NCBI GenBank assembly: GCA_004292595.1
Contig: RDXM01000083.1
Location: 79,215 to 143,214, forward strand
DNA: 64,000 nucleotides
Direction of reading: 5' to 3'
Origin: Candidatus Kapaibacterium sp.
Lineage (GTDB): Bacteria; Bacteroidota; Ignavibacteria; Kapaibacteriales; UBA4661
This document shows, in pieces, positions 57,401 through 64,000 of this stretch. The notes under the pieces were generated by a model, which was given only the letters and a program-made list of their open reading frames with translations, did not search any database and had not been told where the DNA came from. Both the position numbers and the translations under genes were made by a program. Numbering within the stretch: position 1 is the stretch's first letter; the number at the start of each line of letters is the position of its first letter.

Positions 57401-58171
57401 CACCCGCGATTTTGCAATGAGTTTGTCGTATTCAGCAATAAACTGAGAAAACATCATATCTTGCGAATTTTTCACACTCGGCACGACGAGTCCACGCGAA
57501 CCGTCCTTGCGCACAGCATCCACCGCAAGACCAAAATTCACCGAGCCACGCTTGACGCGATGCGGCTTTCCGTCAATTCTCGCAAAAGCATCGTTCATGC
57601 CTGGATATTTCACCAATGCACGGACAATCGCCCAACCGATGATATGCGTAAAGCTGATTTTCTTTTTGCGATTTCGCGCTAAATGGTTGTTAATCACGAT
57701 GCGATTTTCTTCGAGTGCTTTAATTGGCATCGTGCGAATGGTCGTTGCTACTGGCACGTTCAGGCTTGATTCCATGTTATCGACAACACGCTCTGCCACG
57801 CCTGAAATTGGCACAAGAGAATCTTTTTCGCCCAAGAATACTTTCATGCTCGGCTTTGCGGCGGGCGCAGGTGCTGGTGCGGCGGCGGCAACTGGCGCAG
57901 AAACCGCTTGCACGGCGGGCTGCGGAGCTGCTTGCACGGCGGGAGCCGAAGCGGTATGACCGTTTGCGTGTCCGCTCGCAGACGCACCATTGCTTGCTCC
58001 GTTGGAGTAGCCGTTAGAAGGCACACCATTACTTGCTCCTACACCAAATTCGGCAGCAAGTTCGGCTTTATTTGTCTCGAAGTAGGCTTGCCAATCGCTT
58101 GCGATTGAGCTTGGATTGCGGAGATACTCAAAATAGAGGTCTTCCACAAAGGCAGAATTCATGCTAATCAT
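54467..58171 (-). CDS. sucA: 2-oxoglutarate dehydrogenase E1 component of the OdhA/Kgd type, with an N-terminal E2 (acyltransferase) catalytic domain fused to E1o.
   Basis: 1234 aa. After the standard E1o N-terminus and an Ala/Pro/Ser/Gly-rich linker, residues around 120-350 contain the 2-oxoacid dehydrogenase acyltransferase catalytic signature TYDHRIIQGAESGEF. The remaining roughly 880 aa are canonical E1o (thiamine-diphosphate binding, GQFGDFANGAQ). Confidence 0.9.
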   Translation of the reverse strand: MISMNSAFVEDLYFEYLRNPSSIASDWQAYFETNKAELAAEFGVGASNGVPSNGYSNGASNGASASGHANGHTASAPAVQAAPQPAVQAVSAPVAAAAPAPAPAAKPSMKVFLGEKDSLVPISGVAERVVDNMESSLNVPVATTIRTMPIKALEENRIVINNHLARNRKKKISFTHIIGWAIVRALVKYPGMNDAFARIDGKPHRVKRGSVNFGLAVDAVRKDGSRGLVVPSVKNSQDMMFSQFIAEYDKLIAKSRVNKLDVNDLSGTTASLTNPGMIGTNASVPRLMEGMGLIVAAGSIDYPAEMKAFAPQMLATMAVSKVMTITNTYDHRIIQGAESGEFLQYIENLLKGDDNFYDQIYASLGIPFEPFKWVVDLNNNPFYSGDTAEVLEQETKVVQLINAYRVRGHLYADMNPLGLQAYYYPELDISYYGLTIWDLSRDFDTGGLGGIKRAPLRDILTMLRDTYCGRIGVEFMHIQELDKKAWVKDRFETVYNNAKYSKEAKVRVLRKLVEAESFEKYIHTKFVGSKRFSVEGGESFVPAIDKIMELAAERGVTDVYMGMAHRGRLNTLINIMGKSAAAMFKKFTNELDPTQFQSSGDVKYHLGAEGKYTHPNGKQININLAPNPSHLEAVNPVVEGMARARIDEIKDDTYSKVLPILIHGDSAMAGLGIVQETLNLARLRAYKTGGTIHIVINNQIGFTTVPEDARSTIYCTDIAKMLQVPILHVNGGEPEEVLTAAAFAIEYRQAFGEDVVIDLLCYRKYGHNEGDEPAYTQPLLYKKIKALPSASEPYRDYLVESKVITKEEAAAIYAEIQQRWDDAFAASKETKLKEVPPPRVIDMFAPVTTSIDTAMVNEIGEKLSAVPANFTPHPKLSDLLKKRGEMVLHDKGMDWGMGEALAFASLVMEGFPVRITGEDSARGTFSHRHSVLTDYNNERDLILLNRLRPDQAQFSVYDSALSEFAVMGYEYGYSVTRPKGLTIWEGQFGDFANGAQTIIDQFLASGEAKWAQTSGLVLLLPHGYEGQGPEHSSARLERFLQLCADDNMIIGNFTTPAQIFHALRRQVKRDFRKPLVVMSPKSMLRNPQAVSHVKDFTEGAFQEVIDDASVKPENVRRVLFSTGKVYYDLLAKRTKLGADDVAIVRLEQIYPFHEAKVRAILQKYERAQDVVWVQEEPKNAGAWTFVAPLFAELLLISQRLRYAGRKASASPATGFNAVHNLEQEALTDAAFGKF

Positions 58172-58454
58172 ATCGGAGAAACCTTGAAAAATGAAGTGAT
58201 AATGAGTTGAAGTTCAGAAGAAATTCAGAAGAAATTCAGAATTGGGAAATATGTTTCAATACAAGCAATTACGCTGCATTGACGGGCGTTTTATAACATC
58301 CACACACAACTTTTCAACTTAGGAAAAGTTTTGCACATTTGCCACAAAAACCTTGCCAATCAAGATTTTTTCGTTCCACGTCATTAAAATTTCGGAACAT
58401 CGTCTTTCATTCCGTCATTTTTTCCTAACTTGGCAGAGAATTTCTCATGGATTT

Positions 58455-58650
58455 CCCGTAACTGGTCAGGTCATAATTTTTTTGGACGCAGATGAAGATG
58501 ATGGAATGGATGAAGATGATAAAAAAGCAAAAAATATCACAGATGGGATGAGGTATGTATTCATTCCTTTATTCTCTCATCTTCATCCATCCAATCATCT
58601 TCATCTGCGTCCCCATCTTCATTGCTGAGACCTGACCAGTTACGATTTTC
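58455..58650. repeat. Long imperfect inverted repeat (about 65 bp arms, about 55 bp spacer) in the sucA upstream region.
   Basis: The arms are ccgtaactggtcaggtcat...gacgcagatgaagatgatggaatggatgaagatgat and atcatcttcatccatccaatcatcttcatctgcgtc...gacctgaccagttacg. The spurious track ORF 58353..58628 covers this region. Confidence 0.5.
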
Positions 58651-58722
58651 CATAGATTTTCCACAAAAACATCATTTCTTTTCTTCATTTTTTCCCTCAC
58701 TACTACATTTTAGAGAATTGCT

Positions 58723-59661
58723 ATGAATACCACATCAATTTTTTCTCGTTTTTTGCTCATACTTGCGTGTTTTTGTTGCCTCGAAGGCGCATCAAGAGCC
58801 AGTTTAATGGCACAACCAGCCCCAGAAGCACAATGGCAAACGGGGAATCGAATTATGGTCAGAGGCGGCGTTGCGCTGCCGCTCTTTGGCTATGGTGCCT
58901 TGCCGATTACCATCGCAGACTTTACCCCACAAGAAGGACGCACACCAGTAGGCGCAGCAATGCTTGGTGGCACATTCGGCATTGGCACAATGTATCGCTT
59001 GCATCCGAGCGTCGCGGTTATCGGCGGCATTGATGTCAATTACAATCCATACAATACCGTCGAAGCAGAGAAAAACCTCCGCACCAGCATTGGTGCTATC
59101 AACCTTCTGGGATTAAACGTCAATTTGCTCTCGTCAGCACTGGCAAGTATTTTGCAATCGTCCGCAGCATTTTCCGCAGAACCGCATATCAACGGCACAG
59201 CACTCGCGGGCTTGCGCTACGATGTGCAGATTGTGCCAGCCGTTTTAAGTGCCTACGTTTCTGGCGAGCTTGGCGCAATGTTTGGCGTTTTTCCTAAAAC
59301 ACAATCCAAAGTAAACATCACCATTCCGCTTTTCAACATCAACACGGATATTATCAATTCTATCAATCAAACAAGCGGATTCGGCTTTGCATGGGCTGTC
59401 GGTGGCGGACTTCTGGTGAGCGAGCGCGTGAATATCGGTGTGCGGTATTTGGCTGCTTCGCCCACGTACACAAGCCAAATTGCGAATACTGTCGAAACAC
59501 GCGGCGGAGCGACTGGCACAATCAATATCCCGATTCCGGGCATTGGGCGACTCAGCTCGCAAGATATTATTGCTTCTATCTTAGGCGCGTTCCCTGCCCG
59601 CGAAGCACCATTTACCTTGCCAACAACCATGCTGCAATGCACTATCAGCTATGCTTTTTGA
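58723..59661 (+). CDS. Putative outer-membrane beta-barrel protein.
   Basis: Signal peptide, alternating hydrophobic beta-strand patterns, and a C-terminal aromatic residue (..TISYAF). Confidence 0.45.
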   Translation: MNTTSIFSRFLLILACFCCLEGASRASLMAQPAPEAQWQTGNRIMVRGGVALPLFGYGALPITIADFTPQEGRTPVGAAMLGGTFGIGTMYRLHPSVAVIGGIDVNYNPYNTVEAEKNLRTSIGAINLLGLNVNLLSSALASILQSSAAFSAEPHINGTALAGLRYDVQIVPAVLSAYVSGELGAMFGVFPKTQSKVNITIPLFNINTDIINSINQTSGFGFAWAVGGGLLVSERVNIGVRYLAASPTYTSQIANTVETRGGATGTINIPIPGIGRLSSQDIIASILGAFPAREAPFTLPTTMLQCTISYAF

Positions 59662-59756
59662 TGCTGTTTGATGCCGCTCGCCACACGTGCTTTTTACACC
59701 TACAACGGTAGATTCTTCCAACGATACCGCTTCTTCCCACACTTCAGAATTACTCT

Positions 59757-60524
59757 ATGCAATTACTCATAAAGGTACGTATCGGACTTGCACTCTTCTG
59801 CTTTTCAGCATTTGCATATGCTCTGGCACCATCATTTCTCAGGGCGTTATCTCCGAGTTCGTTATCTCCAAGTTCGTTATCTCCTCACATTGACTATTCC
59901 GCCTCGATTGCGATTGATAGCAAAAATACGCACACCTATACGGTGAAGTTTGCTCAAAGCGGCGACACCACACGCCGCGTAACATCCTATTTTGATAATA
60001 CCAAACGCCTTGTTCGGCAAGAAACAACACACTTTCAAGCCAAACAATTAAAACTGTACTTGAATAAAATTGAAGATTTTCGTACAGGCGAATATCTTTT
60101 TCAAACATCTACGTCCAATGGCTTTGCTGCTCAACACCGCGAACGGAAAGGCGCGGAACTTGAAGAGCGGAGCATCAAAGCAGAGCACGCCATCCCAACA
60201 ACGCTTGTAAGCGAGCGGGTTGCACAAAGTATTGAGGCAGTTGATAGAGGCGAGAATGTAACATTTTTCGTTGCACTACCGCTTCACGGAATTGTTGCGG
60301 AAATGAGCATTACCAAAGCAAGTAATGAAGTAGTGAACGGTGTTCCATGCGTTACTATTCGCTTTGAACCATCAAATTTTTTATTCAAAATTCTCATGGG
60401 CGACCCATCATTTTTCACCTTTGAACGCGCAAAACCAAATAGATTCATGCAATACAACGGTGTTTTGGGATTAACCACAGCAGAAGGCAAGCGGCAGAAC
60501 GGATTTGTTGTTATCAAATATTAG
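59757..60524 (+). CDS. Hypothetical secreted/lipoprotein with an N-terminal SPSSL tandem repeat.
   Basis: Signal peptide. SPSSLSPSSLSP is encoded by a 15 bp x3 DNA tandem repeat at about 59850..59890. No known domain. Confidence 0.4.
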   Translation: MQLLIKVRIGLALFCFSAFAYALAPSFLRALSPSSLSPSSLSPHIDYSASIAIDSKNTHTYTVKFAQSGDTTRRVTSYFDNTKRLVRQETTHFQAKQLKLYLNKIEDFRTGEYLFQTSTSNGFAAQHRERKGAELEERSIKAEHAIPTTLVSERVAQSIEAVDRGENVTFFVALPLHGIVAEMSITKASNEVVNGVPCVTIRFEPSNFLFKILMGDPSFFTFERAKPNRFMQYNGVLGLTTAEGKRQNGFVVIKY

Positions 60525-60540
60525 AAAAATATGAGAAAAA

Positions 60541-60618
60541 AGAGGACGCACAAAAAAAGCATTTGCGGAAATTGGATGCCAAGCAAATGTGCCTCTTTTT
60601 TTGTGCGTCCTCAACAAT
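60541..60618. terminator. Nested bidirectional terminator hairpin between convergent genes.
   Basis: gaggacgcacaaaaaaag ... ctttttttgtgcgtcctc (an 18 bp perfect stem) enclosing an inner hairpin gcatttgc...gcaaatgtgc. Confidence 0.6.
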
Positions 60619-60802
60619 CTACGTTTGCTCATCAGAGATCTGAAAAGCTCATGAAAAGCGCATAAATACTAATTAGGACTTTCGCAAAACGTGCTTTTGA
60701 AGCTCACAGACAGGAATGTCTGTGCCACCAAAGCCAGTATTTATCAGTTTTGTAGTGGCACAGGCATTCTTGCCTGTGAGGTTTGCGAAAGTCCTACTAA
60801 TG

Positions 60803-62377
60803 TTATTCCATTGCCACGCTCACGCTTTCTGCTACGCAGACTGGTTTGTCGCTTCCGTCGCGCTCGACAACGAGGTCGAGATAGACTCTATGCCCGCCAG
60901 GACCGCTTTCCACTTCGCGCAGCACCGCACTCATACGCAAGCGGCTTCCCGACGGGACGGGCGAGATAAAACGGACTTTATTGTAGCCATAATTGAGCAT
61001 CATTTTCACGGAGTCAATCGTCATCAAACCATAGAGAAATTGCGGTGTGAGCGCGAGCGACAGTAAACCGTGTGCAATGGTTGTGCCGAAAGGCGATTGC
61101 GTTTTGGCACGCTCTACGTCCACATGAATCCATTGCTGGTCGAGTGTTCCGTCGGCGAAAGTTTGAATCATATCCTGCGAAACGTCTTGCCACGCCGAGG
61201 TGCCGAGCTTTTTGCCGATAAACGTTTTCATTGCTGCAACGTCGCGGAAACGCACACCGTATTCACTCACGGTAACACCGTCAGGCAAGGCTTGCTCGGA
61301 AGACGTATCGGAAGCCGCATCGGTGCTTGGCTTTGGAGCATCTTCTTTAACTGCTGCTTTTGGCGGACGTGCTGCGGGCGCGTCTTCGCTGGGATTGTAG
61401 GCATCAGTTACCACCACCGCTTTGCCAATAACATCGCGCTTCATCAACGCATCAAGAGCTTGCGGCGCGTCGGAGAGCGCATAGACCTTATACACGTGCG
61501 GCTTGAGTTTGCCTTGCATGAAAAAATTTGCGAGTTCAACGGTATTTTGAAAGGCTTTCGTGGATTCGCGTTGTACAAAACTTCCCCAGAACACGCCCAA
61601 AATCGCGCATCCCTTCAAGAGTGCGAGATTGAGCGGTATTTTAGGAATATCGCCTGCGGCATAGCCAACGGTCAGATACCGCCCTTTCCATGCCATGGAG
61701 CGGATTGCAGGCTCGGCGTACTTGTCGCCAATGGGGTCGTACACGACATCCACGCCTTTTTCGCCGACAAGAGTTTTCAATGCTTCGCGCAAATCCTCTT
61801 CGGCGTAGTTGATGACGTGTTCGGCGCCTTTTTCCTTGCAAATAGCCAGTTTTTCTGCCGATGACGCAGCCGCAATCACGGTTGCGCCCATGAGTTTCCC
61901 TAATTCCACCGCAGCCAAGCCCACACCGCCACCGGCACCCAAGACAAGAAGCGTCTCGCCCGCTTTGAGTTCGGCACGGTCTTTCAGTGCGTGATACGAA
62001 GTTGCATGATTGTAGAAAAATGCTGCACCACTGACAAAATCTATCATCGGCGGGATAGGAACGCAGCGCGTGGCTTCGACCGATACTTCATCTGCCATGC
62101 CGCCCCAGCCCGTGAGCGCAAACACGCGGTCGCCCACTTTGAAGCCCTTTACGCCCTCGCCTACTTCTTTCACAACGCCCGTTACTTCGCCGCCGGGCGA
62201 GAACGGAAGCGGTGGCTTGAACTGATATTTATTTTGAATCATCAAGGTATCTGGAAAATTTACTCCGCAGGCTTTCACACTGAGAATAAGATGACCAGGT
62301 TGTAGTGTTGGTGCGGGTGCGTCGGTAAGGGTCAGCGTGTCGGGCAAGCCAAAAGCGGTACAAAGAAGAGCTTTCAT
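60803..62377 (-). CDS. Fusion of an MDR-family NADPH:quinone oxidoreductase (Qor-like) with a C-terminal MaoC-like (hot-dog) dehydratase domain.
   Basis: The N-terminus MKALLCTAFG...GVNFPDTLMIQNKY...LVLGAGGGVGLAAVELGK has the zinc-free MDR Rossmann motif. The C-terminus has the hot-dog fold pattern VSEYGVRFRDVAAMKTFIGKKLGTSAW...TIAHGLLSLAL. Confidence 0.75.
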   Translation of the reverse strand: MKALLCTAFGLPDTLTLTDAPAPTLQPGHLILSVKACGVNFPDTLMIQNKYQFKPPLPFSPGGEVTGVVKEVGEGVKGFKVGDRVFALTGWGGMADEVSVEATRCVPIPPMIDFVSGAAFFYNHATSYHALKDRAELKAGETLLVLGAGGGVGLAAVELGKLMGATVIAAASSAEKLAICKEKGAEHVINYAEEDLREALKTLVGEKGVDVVYDPIGDKYAEPAIRSMAWKGRYLTVGYAAGDIPKIPLNLALLKGCAILGVFWGSFVQRESTKAFQNTVELANFFMQGKLKPHVYKVYALSDAPQALDALMKRDVIGKAVVVTDAYNPSEDAPAARPPKAAVKEDAPKPSTDAASDTSSEQALPDGVTVSEYGVRFRDVAAMKTFIGKKLGTSAWQDVSQDMIQTFADGTLDQQWIHVDVERAKTQSPFGTTIAHGLLSLALTPQFLYGLMTIDSVKMMLNYGYNKVRFISPVPSGSRLRMSAVLREVESGPGGHRVYLDLVVERDGSDKPVCVAESVSVAME

Positions 62378-62771
62378 TTAGTATTGGGAATGAGGTAAAA
62401 CAACGTGGATTAAGCAAAGGTGAAGGACAGAAAGAGAGCTTGCCTACGGCAAAGAACACACGTCAAATATAAGAAAAATTAGCGTCTTGGAACGATCTGC
62501 ATAACAAAATAAACGGAGAAAAAAGTAGAAAAACAACGGTGTGTGTGCGAGCAATTCCCACACAAGGCGCACTTTGCACAATGCGCATGAAACAAAAAAA
62601 AATTCCTTCATGATAATTTCACGAGGAGTTTTGTGCAAAGGTTTTGTATATTCGCCTCGTTTGCGTGTGTTTAATGCGCTTCAGTTCTTCTTTTTCACCT
62701 TTGCGCTCGATTTCTACGCTCGACTTCCCCAATTCTTTTTCTTTTTACACCCTCACATTCAGGAGTATTCC

Positions 62772-63053
62772 ATGGATATCGAAAAATCATTTTCGACTGG
62801 CACACCCGCCGACAAAATGAAGCAAATTATGATTGATAATGTGCTTTCGCGCGATGATGTTAAAATGTTTTTTGGCGAAACATCGTGGGAAGGTAATACG
62901 CTGAAGTTCTCATCGGGACTGGTTTCCTCTGGCACATTCGACATCGTTGATAACGAAGTAAAAGTGAATGTAGATTTGTCAATGTTTGGCAAAATGGCAA
63001 AAGGGCAAATCGAAGGCACACTCGACAAAACCTTCTCGAAACTTCCGGGATAA
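62772..63053 (+). CDS. Small protein resembling the polyhydroxyalkanoic-acid-system family (PF09650-like).
   Basis: 93 aa. An RBS aggagt precedes the ATG. SWEGNTLKFSSGLVSSGTFDIVDNEVKVNVDLSMFGKMAKGQIEGTLDKTFSKL fits the W..n.l.F.....sGt..v....v.v.v.L.....k.....Ie..l pattern. Confidence 0.4.
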   Translation: MDIEKSFSTGTPADKMKQIMIDNVLSRDDVKMFFGETSWEGNTLKFSSGLVSSGTFDIVDNEVKVNVDLSMFGKMAKGQIEGTLDKTFSKLPG

Positions 63054-63241
63054 TCGGTATCGGGATAGTGTCGAAAAAATGTAGGCAGACGTTATCAGCA
63101 AACAGACAAGAGCGTTTGCTCTGCCGAAGCGAGAATTTCAGAAGCGAGAATCTCATCGGTAGCGCAGACGCTCTTCTCTTTGTAGTAATGCAAAAAAAGC
63201 ATTGACCAGAAGTACCATTTTCCCTTTACTTTTCCCCTATA

Positions 63242-63697
63242 ATGCAAGCAGTAACGCAAATATTCTATCGCCTGAGCAATCAAGGGCGGATGACGCTTGC
63301 GATTGCTCTCTTGGCGGGCGCACCGCTTCTCTTCTATGGTTTAGTGCAGCTTTGGAACGTCAAGACCGACATGGACAGCAGTATGTTCACACGAGGACGT
63401 GTTATCAAAACGGTGCAGATTGAAGGTGGATTTTTTCCTATGGTGCGTTTGGAAACAACACAAGGACCAGTGCGCTTTACCGACCGCTCTGGTTCGCAGC
63501 AACAAGAGTTCCGCGATGGCGAGGATATTGATGTCGTGTTTCCTCAATACGAACCCCAGAAAGGGCGCATTTACTCATGGAAACGGGTGTGGCTCATTCC
63601 AACACTCACCATGCTCGGAGGCGCATTACCGCTTGTGTTGGGCTTGCTCACCGTCGTGCTGACCGAGCGCAAGCGGAATTTGTACAAGGTCGAATGA
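63242..63697 (+). CDS. DUF3592-like membrane protein (TM - soluble domain - TM).
   Basis: The N-terminal TM LAIALLAGAPLLFYGLV and the C-terminal TM LIPTLTMLGGALPLVLGLLTVVL bracket a roughly 80 aa soluble domain. Confidence 0.4.
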   Translation: MQAVTQIFYRLSNQGRMTLAIALLAGAPLLFYGLVQLWNVKTDMDSSMFTRGRVIKTVQIEGGFFPMVRLETTQGPVRFTDRSGSQQQEFRDGEDIDVVFPQYEPQKGRIYSWKRVWLIPTLTMLGGALPLVLGLLTVVLTERKRNLYKVE

Positions 63698-63722
63698 AAG
63701 GACGAACTTCGAGGACATGAAC

Positions 63723-64000
63723 TATGAAACGTACACATCTGCTCTTCGAGCGCACGACCCCGCCACTGCTTTTGCTGGTGATGATAGTATTTATTCTGCC
63801 AATCACACTGCTTGCTCTCTCGCTCCAAAAAAAAACTCCTCGCACAGCATCAGCAAACAAAAAAGCTGCTTCTCTGGCAATTTCAAAAAAAAATCAAGCG
63901 GAGAAGCCACCTGCGGCATCGAAGTTGCGGACACTACAACGTGATATTGAGCGTGACCGCGCCAAACTCCGCGCTGTCAAGCGACAAGAACGCGCCGCAG
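63723..64000 (+). CDS. Partial hypothetical protein with an N-terminal TM anchor plus a basic coiled-coil region. It runs off the window end.
   Basis: MKRTHLLFERTTPPLLLLVMIVFILPITLLALS..., then Lys/Ala-rich sequence. The ORF is open at the window edge and so is absent from the track. It competes with the short track ORF 63717..63944 in another frame. Confidence 0.3.

Noticed and set aside
58353-58628. 91 aa ORF upstream of sucA.
   Set aside because: Its sequence (DADEDDGMDEDD ... HLHPSNHLHLRPHLH) is a translation of the two arms of a long inverted repeat, so it is almost certainly an artefact of the palindrome.
63717-63944. 75 aa track ORF (MNYETYTS...) at the window end.
   Set aside because: A competing open-ended frame starting 6 bp later (MKRTHLLFERTTPPLLLLVMIVFILPITLLAL...) encodes a convincing TM anchor plus coiled coil. 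The track ORF has Ser/Lys-rich low complexity and is probably the wrong frame.
1-64000. rRNA or tRNA genes.
   Set aside because: No intergenic region shows tRNA cloverleaf-like conserved boxes (GTTC-type T-loop with matching acceptor stems) or rRNA-like conserved blocks. The long intergenic gaps are accounted for by repeats, hairpins and AT-rich promoter sequence. This was a manual scan only, so a tRNAscan-SE/Infernal run would be definitive.

Overview
This is a 64 kb bacterial chromosomal window at roughly 50% GC with about 50 genes and high coding density. Two secreted paralogs carry T9SS-type C-terminal sorting domains, and the window also has a long-form NagB-II, a NagX-like protein and a GH20 hexosaminidase, which together suggest an FCB-group genome (Bacteroidota/Chlorobi/Ignavibacteria-like); this assignment is tentative. 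No rRNA, tRNA or CRISPR array was recognised. The main functional blocks are as follows. (a) An amino-sugar and peptidoglycan salvage set: NagB-II, a NagX-like membrane protein, a NamZ(DUF1343)-beta-lactamase fusion, an MFS NagP/FucP-like transporter, GH20 and two GNAT genes. (b) A 13 kb same-strand chemosensory cluster at 13126..26477: cheA, an MCP with a c-type heme sensor, cheR, cheB, a CheB-like receiver fused to CheD, cheY, an Hpt-REC protein, a hybrid kinase and a response regulator. It has no cheW and looks like an alternative-output chemosensory pathway. (c) Three Uma2-family endonuclease genes, two of them inverted paralogs bracketing pta, a large secreted hypothetical, a decayed DUF433/DUF5615 toxin-antitoxin pair and a CDF transporter. 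(d) An OdhA/Kgd-type E2-E1 fused 2-oxoglutarate dehydrogenase. Several non-coding repeat families are visible: a roughly 105 bp triply nested palindromic element present three times, a roughly 139 bp MITE-like element with terminal inverted repeats plus a partial second copy, and two long inverted-repeat structures. There is also a 157 aa ORF that looks like the fused N- and C-termini of a Type IIG restriction-modification enzyme.
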